Assembly (NCBI RefSeq): GCF_001194135.2
Contig: NC_068988.1
Coordinates: 77,319,926-77,383,925 of the forward strand
Direction of reading: 5' to 3'
Source: Octopus bimaculoides
Taxonomy: Eukaryota
Length of the DNA stretch: 64,000 nucleotides
The translations under genes were made by a program, and so were the position numbers. Of the stretch, positions 61,925 through 64,000 are shown piece after piece. The stretch's first letter is position 1; every line of letters begins with the position of its first letter. The notes beneath the pieces were generated by a model. The model made no database searches, was not told the DNA's origin, and saw only the letters and a program-made list of their open reading frames with translations.

Positions 61925-62542
61925 NNNNNNNNNNNNNNNNNNNNNNNNNNNNNNNNNNNNNNNNNNNNNNNNNNNNNNNNNNNNNNNNNNNNNNNNNNNN
62001 NNNNNNNNNNNNNNNNNNNNNNNNNNNNNNNNNNNNNNNNNNNNNNNNNNNNNNNNNNNNNNNNNNNNNNNNNNNNNNNNNNNNNNNNNNNNNNNNNNNN
62101 NNNNNNNNNNNNNNNNNNNNNNNNNNNNNNNNNNNNNNNNNNNNNNNNNNNNNNNNNNNNNNNNNNNNNNNNNNNNNNNNNNNNNNNNNNNNNNNNNNNN
62201 NNNNNNNNNNNNNNNNNNNNNNNNNNNNNNNNNNNNNNNNNNNNNNNNNNNNNNNNNNNNNNNNNNNNNNNNNNNNNNNNNNNNNNNNNNNNNNNNNNNN
62301 NNNNNNNNNNNNNNNNNNNNNNNNNNNNNNNNNNNNNNNNNNNNNNNNNNNNNNNNNNNNNNNNNNNNNNNNNNNNNNNNNNNNNNNNNNNNNNNNNNNN
62401 NNNNNNNNNNNNNNNNNNNNNNNNNNNNNNNNNNNNNNNNNNNNNNNNNNNNNNNNNNNNNNNNNNNNNNNNNNNNNNNNNNNNNNNNNNNNNNNNNNNN
62501 NNNNNNNNNNNNNNNNNNNNNNNNNNNNNNNNNNNNNNNNNN

Positions 62543-62626
62543 GTAGCAGTGGTGGTTGTGGTGGTACTGCTGCTAATGATTGTGGTGGTGGTGGTGGTGG
62601 TGGTACTGGTGGTTGGTACATCATTG
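62543..62626. repeat. (GGT)n-rich low-complexity tract
   Basis: Read directly. Confidence 0.85.
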
Positions 62627-62735
62627 TAGGATGTGTAAAGATTTCAAGATTATGGAATGGATGTTATTTAGTGAAATGAAGTGATATTTATGTATAACGC
62701 AGCTATGAATACATGTGTGTGTTTTTATGTGATAG

Positions 62736-62797
<62 letters not shown>

Positions 62798-63807
62798 AGA
62801 TAGAGAGGGAGGGAGGGAGAGAGAGAGGGATAAAGTAAGGCGTTTGAATTGATCATTTTGTATGTCAGTGATTGAAATGCAAAGAAGAAAAGTCGGATTA
62901 GAGAGAGGGAGAGGGAGGAAGGCAAAAGAAAGATTAGGTTAAGAGGAAAGTACAAGAGAGAGAAAGAGAAGGGGGAGGCAGAGATGCTGAGACTAAGAGG
63001 ATAAGAAACAGTTTGCTAAATATAAAAAAAATATTTTCCATTGCAATATCACAAAAAACAAAATTTTAAACAAACAAAAAAATAACATATATAAAGGAAA
63101 TGCAACAAGAACAAAAATATAAAAAGAGAACAAAAAATTACAAGACAAATTAAAGGTGGGGAGGGGGAGAGTGAGGTGGTTGTGATGGTGGTAGTGGGAG
63201 TGGTGGTGGTGGAATAACTGTTTGGAAAATTTCAACACTTGAGACAATTACAAAAATCAATAATAACACGACATAACGGAAATTTAGCTAACTTGATTGA
63301 TACTCCAATTCCTTTCTCTGATTGATTTTTCTTCATTTTTTATTTTATTTTTTTTTGGCTTTCTAGGTGTGTGTTTTTATGGTTCTTTATATATTTTTGG
63401 GTATTTTAACCCTCACTGTGACATGTTTTTGTGTGAAATGTATTTTTTGTTTTGTTGATTGTTGTGTACTGCTGCTGCTGGTGGTGGTGGTGATGATGAT
63501 GATGGTGCTAATGCTGATAATGATTAAGCTCTTCTTATTGCTTCAGTCTTTTTTCTTTTTGTTTTATTGGTGTTGGCCTTTTCTTGGCCAATATATTGGC
63601 TGTTTGTTATAACACTGAAGTTGTCAGGAATCGGAAATTAGAAAGATATTAGAGAATGCCTTCTCAGCTGCCTCTCTGGTATGTTCTTGTTTTGAAGGAA
63701 GGGGTAGTTTTTGCTGGTGTTTATAATCTTATTCTTTCATTTTTCTCATAACACACGCACATGTGCATGCATACACACACGTGTATGCACATACCCACAC
63801 ACCCACA

Positions 63808-64000
63808 TAAGGATGGTACCAAAAGTAATGCAAAATTGAGAATAGCTTTTTTTATTAACTGACATAGGTTGTTCAAACTGTACAGGTTAGAAGAGTCATT
63901 CTGCTTCCTCTTCATTACAGACAAATAATGGATTCCAAACAGAAGCAACATGCTGTCATTGAATTCTTGATGTAGGAAGAGTGTAAGCTGTCTCATTTTC
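63808..64000 (+). mobile_element. 5' end of a mariner-like element
   Basis: TIR-like TAAGGATGGTACCAAAAGTAATGC. ATG at 63928 gives MDSKQKQHAVIEFL, resembling the mariner N-terminal QRAVIEFL motif. Confidence 0.65.

Noticed and set aside
4341-62624. Long ORFs made of X runs or of YI/CV/ER/LS/HT repeats (e.g. 7853..8541, 13814..14296, 24775..25856, 50588..51044, 61839..62624)
   Set aside because: Artefacts of N gaps and microsatellites. The poly-Pro start of 61839..62624 is just (GGT)n.

Overview
Eukaryotic, AT-rich, gap-rich (many N runs) and almost entirely repeat-derived DNA. No complete host protein-coding gene, rRNA, true tRNA gene or CRISPR array is recognisable. The repeat landscape (CORE-like tRNA-derived SINEs, many RTE-type 3' ends with (GAT)n tails, (TA)n/(CA)n/(GA)n microsatellites) suggests an octopod cephalopod genome; this is inference from recalled repeat families, not a search result. 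Decayed transposable elements found: two Helitrons, three mariner pieces, a hAT MITE and a piggyBac-like MITE, three LTR retroelements (Mag-like, Gmr1-like and an atypical compact one), a full-length RTE LINE with an 11-bp TSD, several RTE-X-like fragments with a PHD finger inside the RT, an R4-clade fragment sitting in an (ACAT)n tract, and Penelope-like (PLE) remnants. The most interesting signal is a PLE-linked set of eight type I hammerhead-ribozyme folds from four families. Alongside them is a graded series of fold-back palindromes (spacers of 0, 5, 16 and about 1,140 bp), mostly beside (TA)n tracts. All alignments and folds were done by eye, and coordinates of degraded elements are approximate.
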